64,000 bases of DNA from Eledone cirrhosa (Eukaryota). The notes under the pieces were generated by a model. That model did no database searches. It saw only the letters and a program-made list of their open reading frames with translations, and was not told where the DNA came from. The translations under genes and the position numbers were made by a program. The stretch lies in NCBI GenBank assembly GCA_964016885.1, contig OZ024740.1:371008001-371072000 (forward strand), given 5' to 3'. Positions 12,673 through 26,949 of this stretch are shown here, piece after piece. How positions within the stretch are numbered: the first letter of the stretch is position 1; each line of letters starts with the position of its first letter.

Positions 12673-15600
12673 ATGTTACTTTATTATAATTGTTTCTCAT
12701 TTTTAACTTGGGAGGGGTCAGCTGACTTAAATCTAATATCACACAGTATTTAGTCACATGTGTTTACATTATGCTACATTCCAATATCAATAACATTTTT
12801 CTAACCTTGATGCACTTATCTCTTTTGACGCAATAAAATAAATCACCAGTAATATGCTTGAGTCAATTTATTTTATCTGTATCTTTCTTAATCTATGTCA
12901 ACAAATGTATCATATAATTAACAATTCAATTGCTGACACTTCAGTTAATTATGAAAAAGTTACATTTGCTGAGAAGCACCAGCAATGAAATGCATCTAAA
13001 GTTGCTTTTTGTTACTTGTTGACAAAAATATTAACCCTCTCCAGCCAATCTCAGTTAACCTAACATCAATTATGTGAACAAAAACATGAGAATAATACTG
13101 TTGCTAACATATCGTCTTTTGTTGTCTATCATCAAAAGATAATTCGAATTACTAAAGTGTGCGAAAAAACATCAAAGATATGGTGAACGATTGCATCATT
13201 AAGTAATCAAAAACATCGTCTGTCGAACTGTCAGTAGATTGATTAAACACTATTAAAATAACTTAAACACATAAAAATGATTGACATGCTGAAGGATTTA
13301 AAAGCATGGCTCAACCAGTGATGTCTTCATCAGTCTACGATTTTGTTCCAAGTAAATTGGGTGAGCAGCTGTTACCATGTCTGCGAAGAGAGGGTAAATA
13401 ACATTGAGTCAAACAAAAATATGAGATTTTACGGTGTCTGGATCGTAACGAAGGTAGCAGAGTACATTCTATTGACTTAAATACTCTGTGGGCGTGGATT
13501 TTTTTAAATGTAATTATGTTCTATATGGTTTCCTTTGTTTACGATCAGATCAATTATCTGAACGAAATGCTCTCCATCTGTCTTGTTTAGATAATAGAAA
13601 TTTAACTGTACGAATATTTTAACAATTAGCTAAACACATTTTTTTTTATGTTTTAATCATTTAAAACCATATCACTAACTTTGCATCAATTCCATCAATA
13701 TTACCTCTTCTACAAACATTGAGATTGCGTGATCCTAAGGAAGAATTCCTTATTGACGTTGTCATTGATCTCATAAATTTAACCATAAAATGGTCTAAAA
13801 TGTTCGGTTTTTACACGAGTATATACGGTAGTTATTCTTTCAATCCAATAAAATTATCTCTGGGATCACATTAAGCATACAAACTGACCCATACTAATCA
13901 CTAGAGATAAATAAGATCAGTCAGTTGTATTCTCCCACCTTATAAACACGTGTGAGACACGTAGGAATTGGGAGAATTCTAAAAACACCCAATTCATACC
14001 GACATCAAGACATACCAGCAAATAGGGAGCCAGTACGCGGTCTTTCCACCTGCTAGAAATAGCAGCCAAACCACCTTCAAATTACACCAAATCCTTATGG
14101 AAAAAAATACGCATTACATACTGAGTCCTAAAAAAACAGGATTGTTACGGTTGGAATGCTTTTGATAAGATCTGTTTCGTTATAGTTGGCTTGGAGCTAA
14201 ACAACAACCAGTATTGCGGTGAATTAATGATATAAACTGATAATTGTTTCTACTTTTGGCACAAGGCCATCAATTACTCAGTGCATTACTGGTACTTTAT
14301 TTTATCGACCCCGTAATGATTAAAGGCAAAGTTGAAGAACTTGATATATACGTACTAAATACTTAACAATGAAACATTTCTAAATGCAATTTAATTGCTC
14401 TCAAATCAAGCGCTTATTATCTTGTTTTAAAAAAAATAAAGAGGTGCACTTTGAATATGTCCTGAATATATTATATCTGAATAAGGATGGTCAGGTCATA
14501 GCGAACGCTTTTATTTATAAACCAGCTGAATCAGGGTAGGCTTGGGGGAAAAACAACAATAACCACTGAGATACCACAATTCTTAGTCACATTATGCATA
14601 CGATGTTTTCTTTTTATTCAAAATATATTAAATTTGTAAGTTTCTTAGAACTTTTCAACGTAAATTCGTTTTTCTGACTTGAATTTTTCAACGAAAATTA
14701 TTCTTTAAAAAACGTAGTACTAACATAAATATTTATTTAATTTGCTATGTCGCGTGGTAAATTTTAAGTATTATTTACGATCTGAGTTCAAATCCCGCCG
14801 AGGTTAACTGTCTTTCATCCCTACGGGGTCGATAAAATAAAGTACTAGTAATGCATTGAGATAATTGTTGGCCTTATGCCAAAAATAGGAACAACTATTT
14901 ACACAGGGATGGGGGGAGGGGGGGTCAAAAGTTCCCCAAAGCATAATACAATGCTATATAAATCGTTTAGATGTTTATGAATTATTCAATTATTCTAAGA
15001 TACAAAACATTATATCTTAAGAGTTCAAATCCCACCGCGGTTAACTTTGCCTTTCGTCTTTACGGGGTCAATAAAATAAAGTACCAGTAATGCACTGGTG
15101 TAATTGCTGGCCTTTTGCCAAAAGTAGAAACAATTATATCTTAGCTAATTTAGGCACAGATATTTGAAAGGAAAGGTGAATTGACACTCCTTGTTACTAG
15201 TACTTTTCTCTACGACCAGGATGGATGAAAGGTCAAGTCGACCAAGCAGGACTTGAACATGAAGCTGATGTCGAAGTGGAGATACTAAATACTATGATGC
15301 TTTTATGTCGGCGATCAACTACATGAACTATCAAATATATAATATATTCTGTCATAAACATTTTTTATAGAATGTAAATAACAAATTAAACGACTACGGT
15401 GAAACTAAATACAACAGGACATTTATTTCGGTACTAGTTCCACAGAATTTTCCACTTGACTGCTCTTGGCATAATAATTGTTTCTAACTTGGGCATGTAG
15501 ACACACGTTTTGGTCAGTTTAATCAACCGCAGTACATAACTTAGTCCTTCTTTTATCAACCATGGAAATATAAAGGCCAAAGTCGAGACTTCGGCGAGAT

Positions 15601-18600
15601 TTCAATGTAATGGGAAATAACTACTACTTAAGAAATTTAGTCCGGCATGTTACCGATCTACTAATCAATAATAAGCCTTGTCATAATAATTTCTAGCCGT
15701 GGCACAAGATCAGGAATTTTATAATTGAATCGATACAAGTATTAAATAGTTTTTACTTTGTAAACCCTCAAAGGGATAAAAGATAAAAATCCCTACCTGC
15801 CTCCCCGATCGACAATAAATAATTAGTAAATACCATTTTATTATAATAATAAACCACATGTATCTTTAAGAAACAATATATCGAACAATAAGTAAATAAT
15901 ATAAGATACAATTTCTTGTTCTGAAATTAAACAATTGATTTCTAAACAAAGGCGCAAGGATTCGGAGGGAGGAGGAGGGGCGGGAAATGTGCAAAAGGTA
16001 CATGAATATGAATGCAACTGAAAATCTGTCTGATTTGTTATTTTAACTGCAATAACTAAAAACTACATCAGCGAATATATATGCCTGCATGGTTAATTTA
16101 CGAATCAATTCAATTGATGACTACATGATGTAGTTTCTCCATTCGACTATATTAGCGAACGAGTAAACAAGCTTTATATTCCACGAAGAGAACCGAGTTA
16201 GTTTGTTTTTATAACAATTTAGTAAGAATATTTTTTTTATATCTTAAAAATATTTTATTTGTTTTAGATTAGGAAGTAAATTCACTAGACCAGGTTAATT
16301 ATCCTTTCATGAGTGCGTATGTGTGTGGTCATTTGTCGACAACGTTAAAATTCCCCTAGTTAAAATGCCGTTATATGTATGAATCAAAGCCGGAAATTGA
16401 TCTAGCTATAACTATTCAATTTATAGTTATAAATAATATAACAAGACCTGCTATGTTATTTGAGGAAAATAAAATGTATATGATTAAATAACATAAACAA
16501 AAATGTCTTCAGAACAGATCCTTTTCTTATGTATAACCTTATAGTCGCCACCAAGTAAAATATGAGGCACATACCTTGCACCTAGTTATCCGTGTTTTTC
16601 TTCCTCGATTCCAGTTTTTTTTCTGATTTAGGCTTGGATTTTGTTTACTTGTTAAAATCTGTCGCTGCGATTTTGAAATCCGTTCAATTTACAGTTTGTT
16701 GCCAGGATCTTCTTGGTGATTGTACAATATTAACATCTCATAAAGATTCTTTGTTAAACAGAAATCAATCAATTTTGAATACGCTTTAAAACTGGGTTAT
16801 CTCCCTTTAAATTATTACAATAACGTAGAATTCAAACAGAAAATGGGAGGAAAAAAAGAGAATAGAATCGCTTTACCCTGTTTATGTAAATAATACTAAC
16901 AATAATATATCGTCCCCACTGTCATATTAATGACCTCGTCTTGTATCTTAAGACATTGAACCACCGAGTTTGTACAGCAGTCTATAAGAAAGATTAATTC
17001 TATATGGATTGCCAAAAGGGACATAATTGTTGGAATTTTTTTTATTTATGTAGATTGTAAAGGTTTGCGCAAAACCACAACTAAAGGGAAGACACAACAA
17101 ATTATATTAACCATAATGCTTAAGTGATACTTGTTTTAACGATCTCAAAAGTGTGAAAGTCAACTTTAGCGTAGTTCGAGAGGCGTGATTAAAACTCCAC
17201 AAAACATATTGTCCGACGCTCTACTGACTTGGTCACTTCACAGACCTTTGCCGCATAATAATAATACATTAGCTCAAGGTCACTAATTTTGAGAAATAGA
17301 ATTCAATTTTCAATTCATTTGTTTGTTTAACCTTAAAATTATGGCATATTGCAATGTTGGAATAGATAAAGTAGAGAATAAAATATCTATAGTCTAGGGT
17401 CAAAATTGGCGGTAAGGGGTCTAAGACTCCATGTGGTCCATATAACTGAGACAACGAAACAACAAGAGCAAAAAATTACAATAGTTTCCAATATAGACGA
17501 ATGGCCAGAAATTTGGGTGGGGGTGGGAGTTGATATAATTGACTACACTATTTTATATGTAATTTATATTTTATCAACCCCAAAAGGATAAAAAGCAAAG
17601 ATGACCTCAGCTAGATTTGAGCTCAAAATGTAAAGAGCTGAAATATACCACAAGGCATTTGGCCAGACACTGATGATTCTGCTAATAGCTAAATATATGT
17701 TCTTTTCTTTGTTAGAAAAACACAGATTTCCACAGTAATGATCTATAATAAGTCAGGGTCAAATATTCGGCTTATTTAGTAAGCATTAAGAATGTACAAA
17801 TATGAACAGTACAAATTATAATAGAGGAAAAATGGTGGAGGAATAATACAAAAGAAAAGAGTAAAAAGACCCATACACTCAATTACTCACCACAAAGGGC
17901 ACTGGAGCCACCCTCTAATAAGTTTTGAAGCAATCTATTTATTTGTGTATGCCACATAAAATGTACAATGCAAAAGTAACAGGCATTTATATGATTCAAT
18001 AGGAATTCATAGTTTCTATATTATTGCGGGATGATATCAATATGTATTGTACTATGTGGATGTATTTTTTATATATATATATAAGTTAATGAGGGTGGTG
18101 GCTTAGCAATATCGGTAGAGCGTTGGACAAAATGCTTAGCAGTATTTAATTATGACTTTCTACATTCTGAGTTCAAATCCTGCTGATGTAAACTTTACAT
18201 TTCACCCTTCCGTTCAGTTAAGTACTGGGTTTGATATAACTGACTTTCTCCTCCCAAATTGCTGGCCTTGTGCCTATGTTAGAAATCATTATTTATAAAT
18301 TTATGGAAAACTTTAGAGATGTCTTATTTAGAAATAGTCATTAAATATTCTTCTTCTTCACTCACTAATTCCTAAGAGGGTCCTGTCAGTAACAACCGTC
18401 TCCAACTGATCTGGCTAGATCCCCAAGCGTGACCAGCCAAGCTCATGCATGCTATCCAACCATCTTGCTTGGGGTCTACCTCTGAGTCTCTTAGGTCATT
18501 AAATATTGATAAACACAATTTATATATTAGTATATACACACTAAATTTTTTTTTAAAGTTTATATATAAAAAAAGAAAAATTGAGAGATGACCTGCACAC

Positions 18601-18989
18601 GCCACAGCAAGGGGTGCTGGAATTTCCCCTCAAGTAATTTTTTAGGCAAGTCAATACATTCACATCAAGTAGACTGCATTACTTGTTTTATTGACATCAG
18701 AGAGATTTGACCTTAGAACACAAAAAGACAATTTAAATTATAAGCAAAGTTCAGTCTTGTACTGCTTCAGTCATTCTACCACCTGCATATGTAGATTATA
18801 TTATCTATCAGTATTTCATCATTATTGATTTCTAGCATAGGTAAAGTTACTGCCTCATCATCACCATCACTTTACTTTCTCAGTGAGATGTTGGTACCCC
18901 TCCACTCCATCTGACAAGTGTCATATAGCTTGCACTGTTCTATTTATACACCTCTAACTTCCACAAATGCTTCTCCAGCCAGACGAAAG

Positions 18990-20805
18990 ACACTGAGCAC
19001 TCTAGTGTTGTAATGAGGTTGTGCCAGTGCCACAATGAAAACCGCCCAGTCAACCCTGTAAGATAGTAGTGCTGGTGCCAGGATAAAATGCTCCCAGTAC
19101 ACTTTATAAAGGGATTAGTGTTAAGAAGGGCATCCAGCTATAGAAACCATGCTCCAAGAACACACTGTAATGTGATTGGTGTTAGGAAGGGCATCCAGTC
19201 ATATAAACCAAATCAAAACGGAGCATACAAGCAGGACATGATCACCTGACAGAACTCGTTTCAGCACACAACAACCCATCTGACCCATTCAACCCCAAAA
19301 TCCTAACACACCAGTTATATCCCTCCCCTTTACATCCTAACACCCACATTCTATCCAGGTTCATCACTCTACCTAGGATCACTCCTCACCTCCTAAAATC
19401 CCAATACAACAGTCATAAACTTACCCCCTCCTCAGTAACTGTTATCATCACAGTACCTACCATGCTAGCAAAGGTCACCTCCCCCCCCCCCTCATATTCA
19501 CCACCCTGTTAAATCTCACCACTCCACCACATTTGTCATTACACCCATGACATCTTACTTATCACCCTTCTTAACCCCTCCTCCTTCTCCACCTCATAGA
19601 GTAGGGAAAGTTCTTCAGTTGAGTCAATGACTGAAACCTCCCTTGTGCAGGTGTCACAAGAAATGCACCCAGTACATTCTGTAAGGTGGTTAGCGAGAAG
19701 GGCATCCTGCTGTAGAAACCATACCAAAAACATTCAGAAGAATCCCCTGTTGTGTCAAGGGCACAACAACCTTCCTAGAGTTGGTGACTTAAACAATAAA
19801 CACACTCAGTAATAAACTTTGTAATCTAATTGGTGATAGGAAGGGCATCCAGCTGTAGACAGCCTGCCAAACAAAGGGATGAGAAGAATCTTCAACTGTG
19901 TCAAAAACATGACAATCTCCCTAGTGCTGGCACCATGATAAAATGTGAGCCCCCAGCTCACCCAAGTACTCAGTAGAGTGAAGGAACATAAGTAAACAAG
20001 ATACAGCACCCAGTCCATTCCATAAAATGGTAGTGATGGTGCCACAACAAAAAGCTTCCAGTACACAGTGTGAAATGGTTGGCATTAGGAAAAGCATCAG
20101 CCATATAAAACCAAGCCCAAAACAAAATGTATGTGCAAGACATGATCACCTAACCTCATAATATGACAGCCCATCTAAAACATAGAAAATAGACATTAAG
20201 CGGTGATGAGGATGATTATATATATATAGGGAGAGTTAAATGATGATGAGGAGGAGGAAACAGCTTTTCTCTGAAACATTTTACATTTAGAAATACTTCT
20301 CAAGTTTGATATTTTTTCTTAAGAATGTTTCATATTTATTACTTCTTTCTTTCTTTGAGAAGAATAGCATGCCTAAATCCATAAATCTATTAACAAAATA
20401 TAAAAGATAAAACTTGAGCAGTCATGTACAACAATAAAACTCCTCCAGTACACTCTGTAAAGGGGTAGTGCTAGTACTATGATAAAAGGCATGATAAACT
20501 GTACCCAGTCCACTTTATAAGTAGTAGTGCTGATGCCATGATAAAATGTACCCTGTCCACTCTATAAGTAGCAATGCTTGTGCTATAATAAAATACACCC
20601 AGACAACTCTATAATATGGCAGTGTTGGTGCCATGATAAAATGCACACAGTACATGTTGTAAAGTGGTTGGCATTAGGAAAAGCATCCAGCCATAGAAAC
20701 CATGCCAAAATGGAGATTATGAGTAAGATATGATCTACCAAACTGTTTAGTGTCAAAACAACCTGTTCAACAACATGCCAGTATGGAAAACAATGATGAT
20801 GATGA
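18990..20805 (+). repeat. cluster of SINE/RTE-tail repeats with internal ~45-50 bp tandem subunits
   Basis: Repeated TAGTGCTGGTGCCATGATAAAATGCACCCAGTCCACTCTATAAG-like units (five at 20440-20665) precede GGTTGGCATTAGGAAAAGCATCCAG. Confidence 0.7.
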
Positions 20806-21119
20806 CAGACAATTATTCTGGCTGATGAGTGAAGTAGGTGTTGCTGTCCTGTTTCATATCTCTTCATTTCTCTTTTCTCTCATGCAAAAACAAAATTGGT
20901 TATATGCACACACTAGGATGTATGTAAGCAATATTTAAGCCCCCCTCCCTCTCGTCTGAGAGGTGAGATGCTCCAAATAAGCAGACTTGGTCCAACCCTT
21001 GGTAGCAAAAACAATGAATGTCAAGTGATGATGATGATGATGATGATATAAGTGTTTGTAGATCGATGGTTCTAATTTACTTAATTGATCATTTAATATA
21101 ATATTCAATGAGATTCTTA

Positions 21120-21520
21120 CCTTTTAATTTTGAATTTTAATGCATCAATAATTTTATTCTTCTCTTCATTAAAATTTTTTTCCCGTGTTTGTAGATGCTT
21201 CAATAAGAGTATAATCATGGCAGCAAATATTTTGTTCTTCAAATTTAATTTTAGTTTCAAAATTGTCAAAAGTAGATCTAACCTCAATCCATTCCATAGT
21301 GTAGTCTTGGTGAAGGTTACTTTTGAAAATACTTGTTCAACCATGGCAATCAATGCATATTATGCCTTCCAAGTTTACCAATAGCATTTCTAAGTTTACA
21401 CCAACATTCTGACCCATTGATAGAAATTTTTTCAGAAAATATACACATTTTTTTTCAATGGTGTGTTAGCAGTTTGCACCACTGGTTCTCTGTTTCTCTA
21501 ATTATAGATTGATCACCCAA
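21120..21520 (-). pseudogene. decayed hAT transposase C-terminal dimerisation domain
   Basis: IAMVEQVFSKVTFTKTTLWNGLRLDLLLTILKLK matches the hAT pattern A.VER.FS....KT..RN.L....L..IL. Confidence 0.55.
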
Positions 21521-21775
21521 AGCTAAAGGGAGAGTGTCAAAAATGAGCAAGGGTTTAAATATTTCTAAGTACACCAGTCTTGAAAACCTTAGATAGTTTT
21601 TGTACAGTGTTTGTGTTTTCTTGTTTTGGGGGATTTTGTTTTGCTAAAATTTTGCTGGCCAAAACAATTAGAGAACTTATATCCAAAATAATTTTTTTTT
21701 TTTTTTCACATAAGTGGTACTGTGATTCTGGAAAAGATTTCAATACCAGAAAATGCCAGATGTGGTCAGCCTGCA

Positions 21776-21955
21776 ATTAGTCATTAGGCATTAGTCATTA
21801 ATCATTAGTCATTAATCATTATTCATTAATCATTAATCATTATACATTATTCATTAATCATTATCATTAGTCAATAATCCTTAATCATTAGTCATTAGTC
21901 ACGAATCATTATTCATTAGTTGTTAGTCATTAATCATTATCATTAGTCATTATTC
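21776..21955. repeat. 7-mer microsatellite (TCATTAG/TCATTAA)n
   Basis: Directly visible tandem units. Confidence 0.95.
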
Positions 21956-23453
21956 AAAATGCAGTCCCACAATGAGCGAGGTATGGCCCAGCCAACTGGC
22001 CAGACCTTCTTCATAATGAGATCATCCAGTTTCTAAAATATGGTTCCGCTATGAGCAAGATATGGCATGGCAGAATTTTGCAGAATTGTTAAGAGAGTCT
22101 CATGTTGTTGCTTTTAAATGTCAGATTAATTTAGCTGAGGAAGTAAAGTCGTTTTAATTTTTTATTCTTAAAAGAATGTAAAGTGCTACTAAATATTATG
22201 ACATCACCCCCTGTATAAATTATTATTTCTAAAACAATTGCCCTAAGTGGGCAAGAGCAGGGCTGGATTTAAATTGGGGGTGGGGGGCACTGAGCAGTTC
22301 TTTGGTAGGCTCCTCATATAACAAAAACAAGCACATTAAAGCCATTTTCCCTGATAAAGGTTGACTTTACAGACACCGTGACAAAATTGTACATTTTGTC
22401 ATATTAACTACATTCTCCCTCAATGATACTCTGGCTTTCATTTCATACATCATCATCCCAGTCATGTATTTTTTGGTATTCCTCCTTTCCTACCTACTCC
22501 CACATTCATTTACATCACTCCTCTCACCCAGTAACTTTCACCCTTTCTCTACACATGACCCAACTATCTTATTCCATTTCTCTTCACAACATCCATCCCT
22601 GGTTCTATTCCCATCATTCTCTGAAATTCGTTGTTTGTTATCTTCTCTCTGAGCAATACTCCATTGATTCACCACCTTACCATTCTCATATTTGCTCTTT
22701 CCACCCTTCTCTGCTGCTCCACATTCTGGGTGATGAATGTATTTCATTCATGTCTTGCTCCCATAAATCATGGCATTTCTCACACACTCAGCTTACATCT
22801 TTCTCTTCAGTTTCAATGACACACCTGTCCTCATTAGCATAACATTCAGTTCCCAGAAATTCTAATGTGTGTGTATGGATCCCTCATGAACAAAAATTAA
22901 AATACACAGCAAATTACCAAATTTACATATCATAAATCCATTTAATGCACAAAATTATAATTGATAATTTATACATACAAATTTTAAATGCAAACAAATC
23001 TAACCTTCTATTTATTAAGCTAGCATTTGGAACATAATATAATAAAGGGTTTTTTAAAAATAAAATTCTTCTTCTTTTCTTTGCCCACTTATTCTTGAGA
23101 GGGTCGTGGGGGCAGGGTCCTCAAACACTCCCTCCAGCAGGTCCTGCCAGAAGCAACCATCTCCAACTGATCCGGTTGGATCCCCAAGCATGACCATCCA
23201 AGCTCATTTTGCTCAGGGTCTACTCCTGGATCTCCTATATGTTGGGTTTGCCCATAAAATCTGTCCAAATAAAATTATGATGGAAAATTTTAGATAAATT
23301 TAAACACTTTAAAAATTTTGTATTGTAGCAAGGTCCACTATTTTCATATATTGAATCTACTCACATAAACCTTCTCCTGGATTCTGGGGAATGGTGGGTC
23401 AGTTGATTTCATGATAAGGCCACACCATTGAATTTTTTTCTCCATAAACTTAA

Positions 23454-23888
23454 CCCTATACTATATCTAATATTGTATTTTTATGGTAAACACTTTATCT
23501 CACATAATTATCTCACAAAATATCAAATCGATGAGATTTTGATATTATTTATTTTGTGAACAGTAGGGCGGTGGATTGGCAGTATCGGTAGGGAGTCGGA
23601 CAACATGCTTTGTAGCATAGAGTTACAGCCTTTTATGATCTGAGTTCAAATCCCGCCGAGGTTAACTTTACCTTTCATCCTTACGGGGTCGATAAAATAA
23701 AGTACCAGTCACGCACTGGGGTCGATTTAATCGACTTTCCCCTCCCCCCAAATTTGCTGGCCTTGTGTCTATATAAGAAACCATTATTTATTTTGAGAAC
23801 ATCAGTATGAGCAGCTGGTTACAGCCAATTTGAACATAAAGAGGTGAGAGAATTCTGGCCAGATACTGCCAGTTTAAATGCTAAAGGG
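23454..23888. mobile_element. piggyBac-type MITE carrying a SINE insertion (23563-23785)
   Basis: TTAA|CCC ... TAAATGCTAAAGGG|TTAA; same family as 39285-39492. The SINE is flanked by the duplication ATTATTTATTTTG(T/A)GAACA. Confidence 0.85.
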
Positions 23889-24422
23889 TTAAACTTAGTA
23901 TAAACCCATACGTACACATGAATAGATTTTTTAACCAATTACTTACTTTTTAATTAATTATTTGGTTTTTAACTAATCATTTACATTAGAATTAAAATTA
24001 TTCACTTTCCGTAACCTTATACTTTTCATAGCTCTTTATAACATTTAACTTTTTTTAATTTACTTACCTTTTATGATTATTTATAATTGTTTATCACTGG
24101 TTTTCTCCTTTCTATAATCTTTTTAATTCTTATAAGACTTTACACCACTAATATTTATACCCTTTAGGAGATTCACCATCATGCTATGCTGGTTCTCGGT
24201 CAGAGATAGAACTGCTATGGCAGTCTATATGGCACCCCCAGACCTTGTTAAAAATAACAAACAAATGGTTTTGAATGACTTTATTACTGGCTAGGATTGA
24301 TAGAATGTCAGGAATGTGTCGATGGATGATACACCTAATGTTGAGTGCTTTTTCTTATTGCACTCAATCTGCTAATCGGAATAGCTAGATCTACCTATTA
24401 CTTAAACTATCCAACATAAACG

Positions 24423-24573
<151 letters not shown>

Positions 24574-24818
24574 ATATACCAACATTTGTGTGTTGCATTC
24601 GATTGTAGCAATTTTCCTGTCCCATATCAGTATGTAGAAATTGGGTTTTGTTTTTTGGTCCAACATCTGTTGTGTTTTCATCCCAAATAGCTATATTCCT
24701 TTAAATACTATTGATGAACTGGTGGTGAATAGTCGTGTCTTTGGAAGCATCTAAAACTATAATGATCCCCAGAAGATAACCAATGAATGGGAATTGTCTA
24801 TGTACTTGTCTCTTCCAA

Positions 24819-24876
24819 GTTTTCCATTTCTGCATGTCTCACATGTTTTTTTATTTATTATATATATATATATATA

Positions 24877-24951
<75 letters not shown>

Positions 24952-24988
24952 AATAAAAAAACATGTGAGACATGCAGAAATGGAAAAC
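24819..24988. repeat. perfect 42-bp inverted repeat centred on (TA)n
   Basis: GTTTTCCATTTCTGCATGTCTCACATGTTTTTTTATTTATTA at 24819-24860, with its exact reverse complement at 24947-24988. Confidence 0.95.
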
Positions 24989-24989
24989 A

Positions 24990-26177
24990 ATGTCAGGGCC
25001 AGGGTCAAGCTCAATATTAGCATTTGGGTTAAGATTGGAGTTAGGTTTTGGGTTAGGGTTAGCATTAGGTATAGATTTAGGATTAGGGTTAGGAATAGAG
25101 TTAGCATTAGGGCAGGGTTAGGAGTAGAATTAAAGATGAAGCTAGTGTTAGGGTAGGAGTCAGGGTTAGTATCTGTGTCAGGGTCATGGTTGGTATGAGG
25201 ATATAATGTTAGGTTTAAGGTTAGTATTTGGGTTAGTGTTAGGGATTGGTTTAGGTTTAGGGTTAGGTTTAGTGTTCGGGTTAGAGATCAGGTTAAGGTT
25301 TCAGGTCAGGGTTAGGGTTAGGGTCAGGTTTACGAATAGAGATAGGGTTAATGTTAGGATTATTATGTTTTGGTTTAGGATAAGGGTAAGGGTTATGGTT
25401 CAGGTTATAGTTAGGGTTAAGTTTAGGGTTAGATTTAGGATTAGTGTTAGTTTTAGAGTTAGGGTTAGAAGTCAGAGTTAGGGTCATAGTCACAGTCAAG
25501 TTAGGCCAGAGTTGGGATGAGGTGGTAGGTTTAGGGTTACGATTAGGGTTAATGTCAGGATTAGGGTTAGGGTTAAGTTTGGCATTAAGGTTAAGGTAAG
25601 GTTTAGGTTTAGGGTTAGGGTTATGGCTAGTGTTCAGGTTAAGGTTGAGAGTCAATGTTAGGGTTAGAGTTAGGTATATGGTTTAGGACTAGTATTAGAA
25701 TGAGGGTTAGGTTTAGGAATAAGGTTATAGTTAGTGTTATGATTAGAGTTAGGGTTAGGGTTAGGTCAGTGTCTGGTCAGGTTCAGAGTTAGGATGAGGG
25801 GTTAGGTTTAGTGTTAAGGTTAGGATTAGGGTTGGGCTTAGTGTTAGGTTTAAGATTAGGGCTAGAGTTAGTGTTAGGTTTAGCATTTGGCTTAGTGTTA
25901 AGGTAGGGTTAGGTTTAGTGTTCAATTTAGGATTAGTGTTAGGGCTGGGTTAGGGTTAGGGTTCAGTTTAGTGTTAGGGTTAGGGTTTGGTTTGGGGATA
26001 GGTGTAGTGATAGAGTTAGCATTAGTGTTAGTGTTAGGGTTAGGGTCAAGTTTAAGGTTAAGGTTAAAGAAAAGGTTAAGGGTAGGTTAGGGTTAATTTT
26101 AGGCTCAGGGTTTAAGATTATTGTTAGGAATAGGTTTAGGGTTTAGAGTTAGGGTTCCAATTAGGGTTAGGGTTATG
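24990..26177 (+). repeat. degenerate interstitial telomere-like array (TTAGGG)n, ~1.2 kb
   Basis: Hexamer-phased TTAGGG, TTAGGT, TTAGTG and TCAGGG units. Confidence 0.95.
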
Positions 26178-26949
26178 CTTAATAAATGTTAGATCGTTTT
26201 ATTCAAACGTACATTTGAAGGCAAAAAAAACTGATGGAACAATAGAGTGTGACAGAACAAGCAGCTGGTTAGATTTGAAAGCTAATTTAAAGTGAAGGTG
26301 TATAATGGTACCAAACTATTTCTCAGATAAACGTTTACAAACATTTCCTGAACATTTTTGTGAAGGATTTCACAAAAACTTTTTCTCAGCGTTTTTGAAA
26401 AATTTTGAAGAAAACTTCAATAAAAAGTTTTGAAAATTTGATCAAGATTTTTGAAAGATTTACACGTTTCTTGGGTAACTGATAAATTTTACTTTCATAT
26501 ACTCTCAGGTCTCGAATAATTGTCCCCAAGACATGCTTATTGAATATTCAGATTTCCCCCACCCCCACTCTAATTCCAACTCCACCGCTTATTAAAGAAA
26601 CATTCTAACACCGTGCCCATAGTATCAGAGCTGTCATCTCTCAATTCAATTCAAAGAAGTAGTGGCTCTACCTGGAGTGACCCTCTGATCTACGCACTCT
26701 ATGAACTAACATTGCTCCAAAGACCCTTCGGAGGAACCCCATGTCGGCCGCTTGTATTCAAACATTTTCTTTAAAAATTTCTTAAATTGTTCCTCAATAT
26801 TTTCTTTAAAATTTCATCAAGATATTTTCCAAAAAGTTTCAGCAAAAATCCCCCCAACATTATTTTTTTTAATATTTCCTCATGTTTTTCGAAAATTTTT
26901 CTAAAAAAACCCAGCAAACCTTTTGCTCTCTTTCAAGATAGAATGAAGC

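Noticed and set aside
21117-21353. host exon ending AAG|GTAAGA
   Set aside because: The peptide matches a decayed hAT dimerisation domain, with stops upstream.
25206-25655. ORFs rich in VRVR / NPNP / LGLG
   Set aside because: Translations of the telomere-like hexamer array; the same applies to 24965-25156 and 27503-27694.
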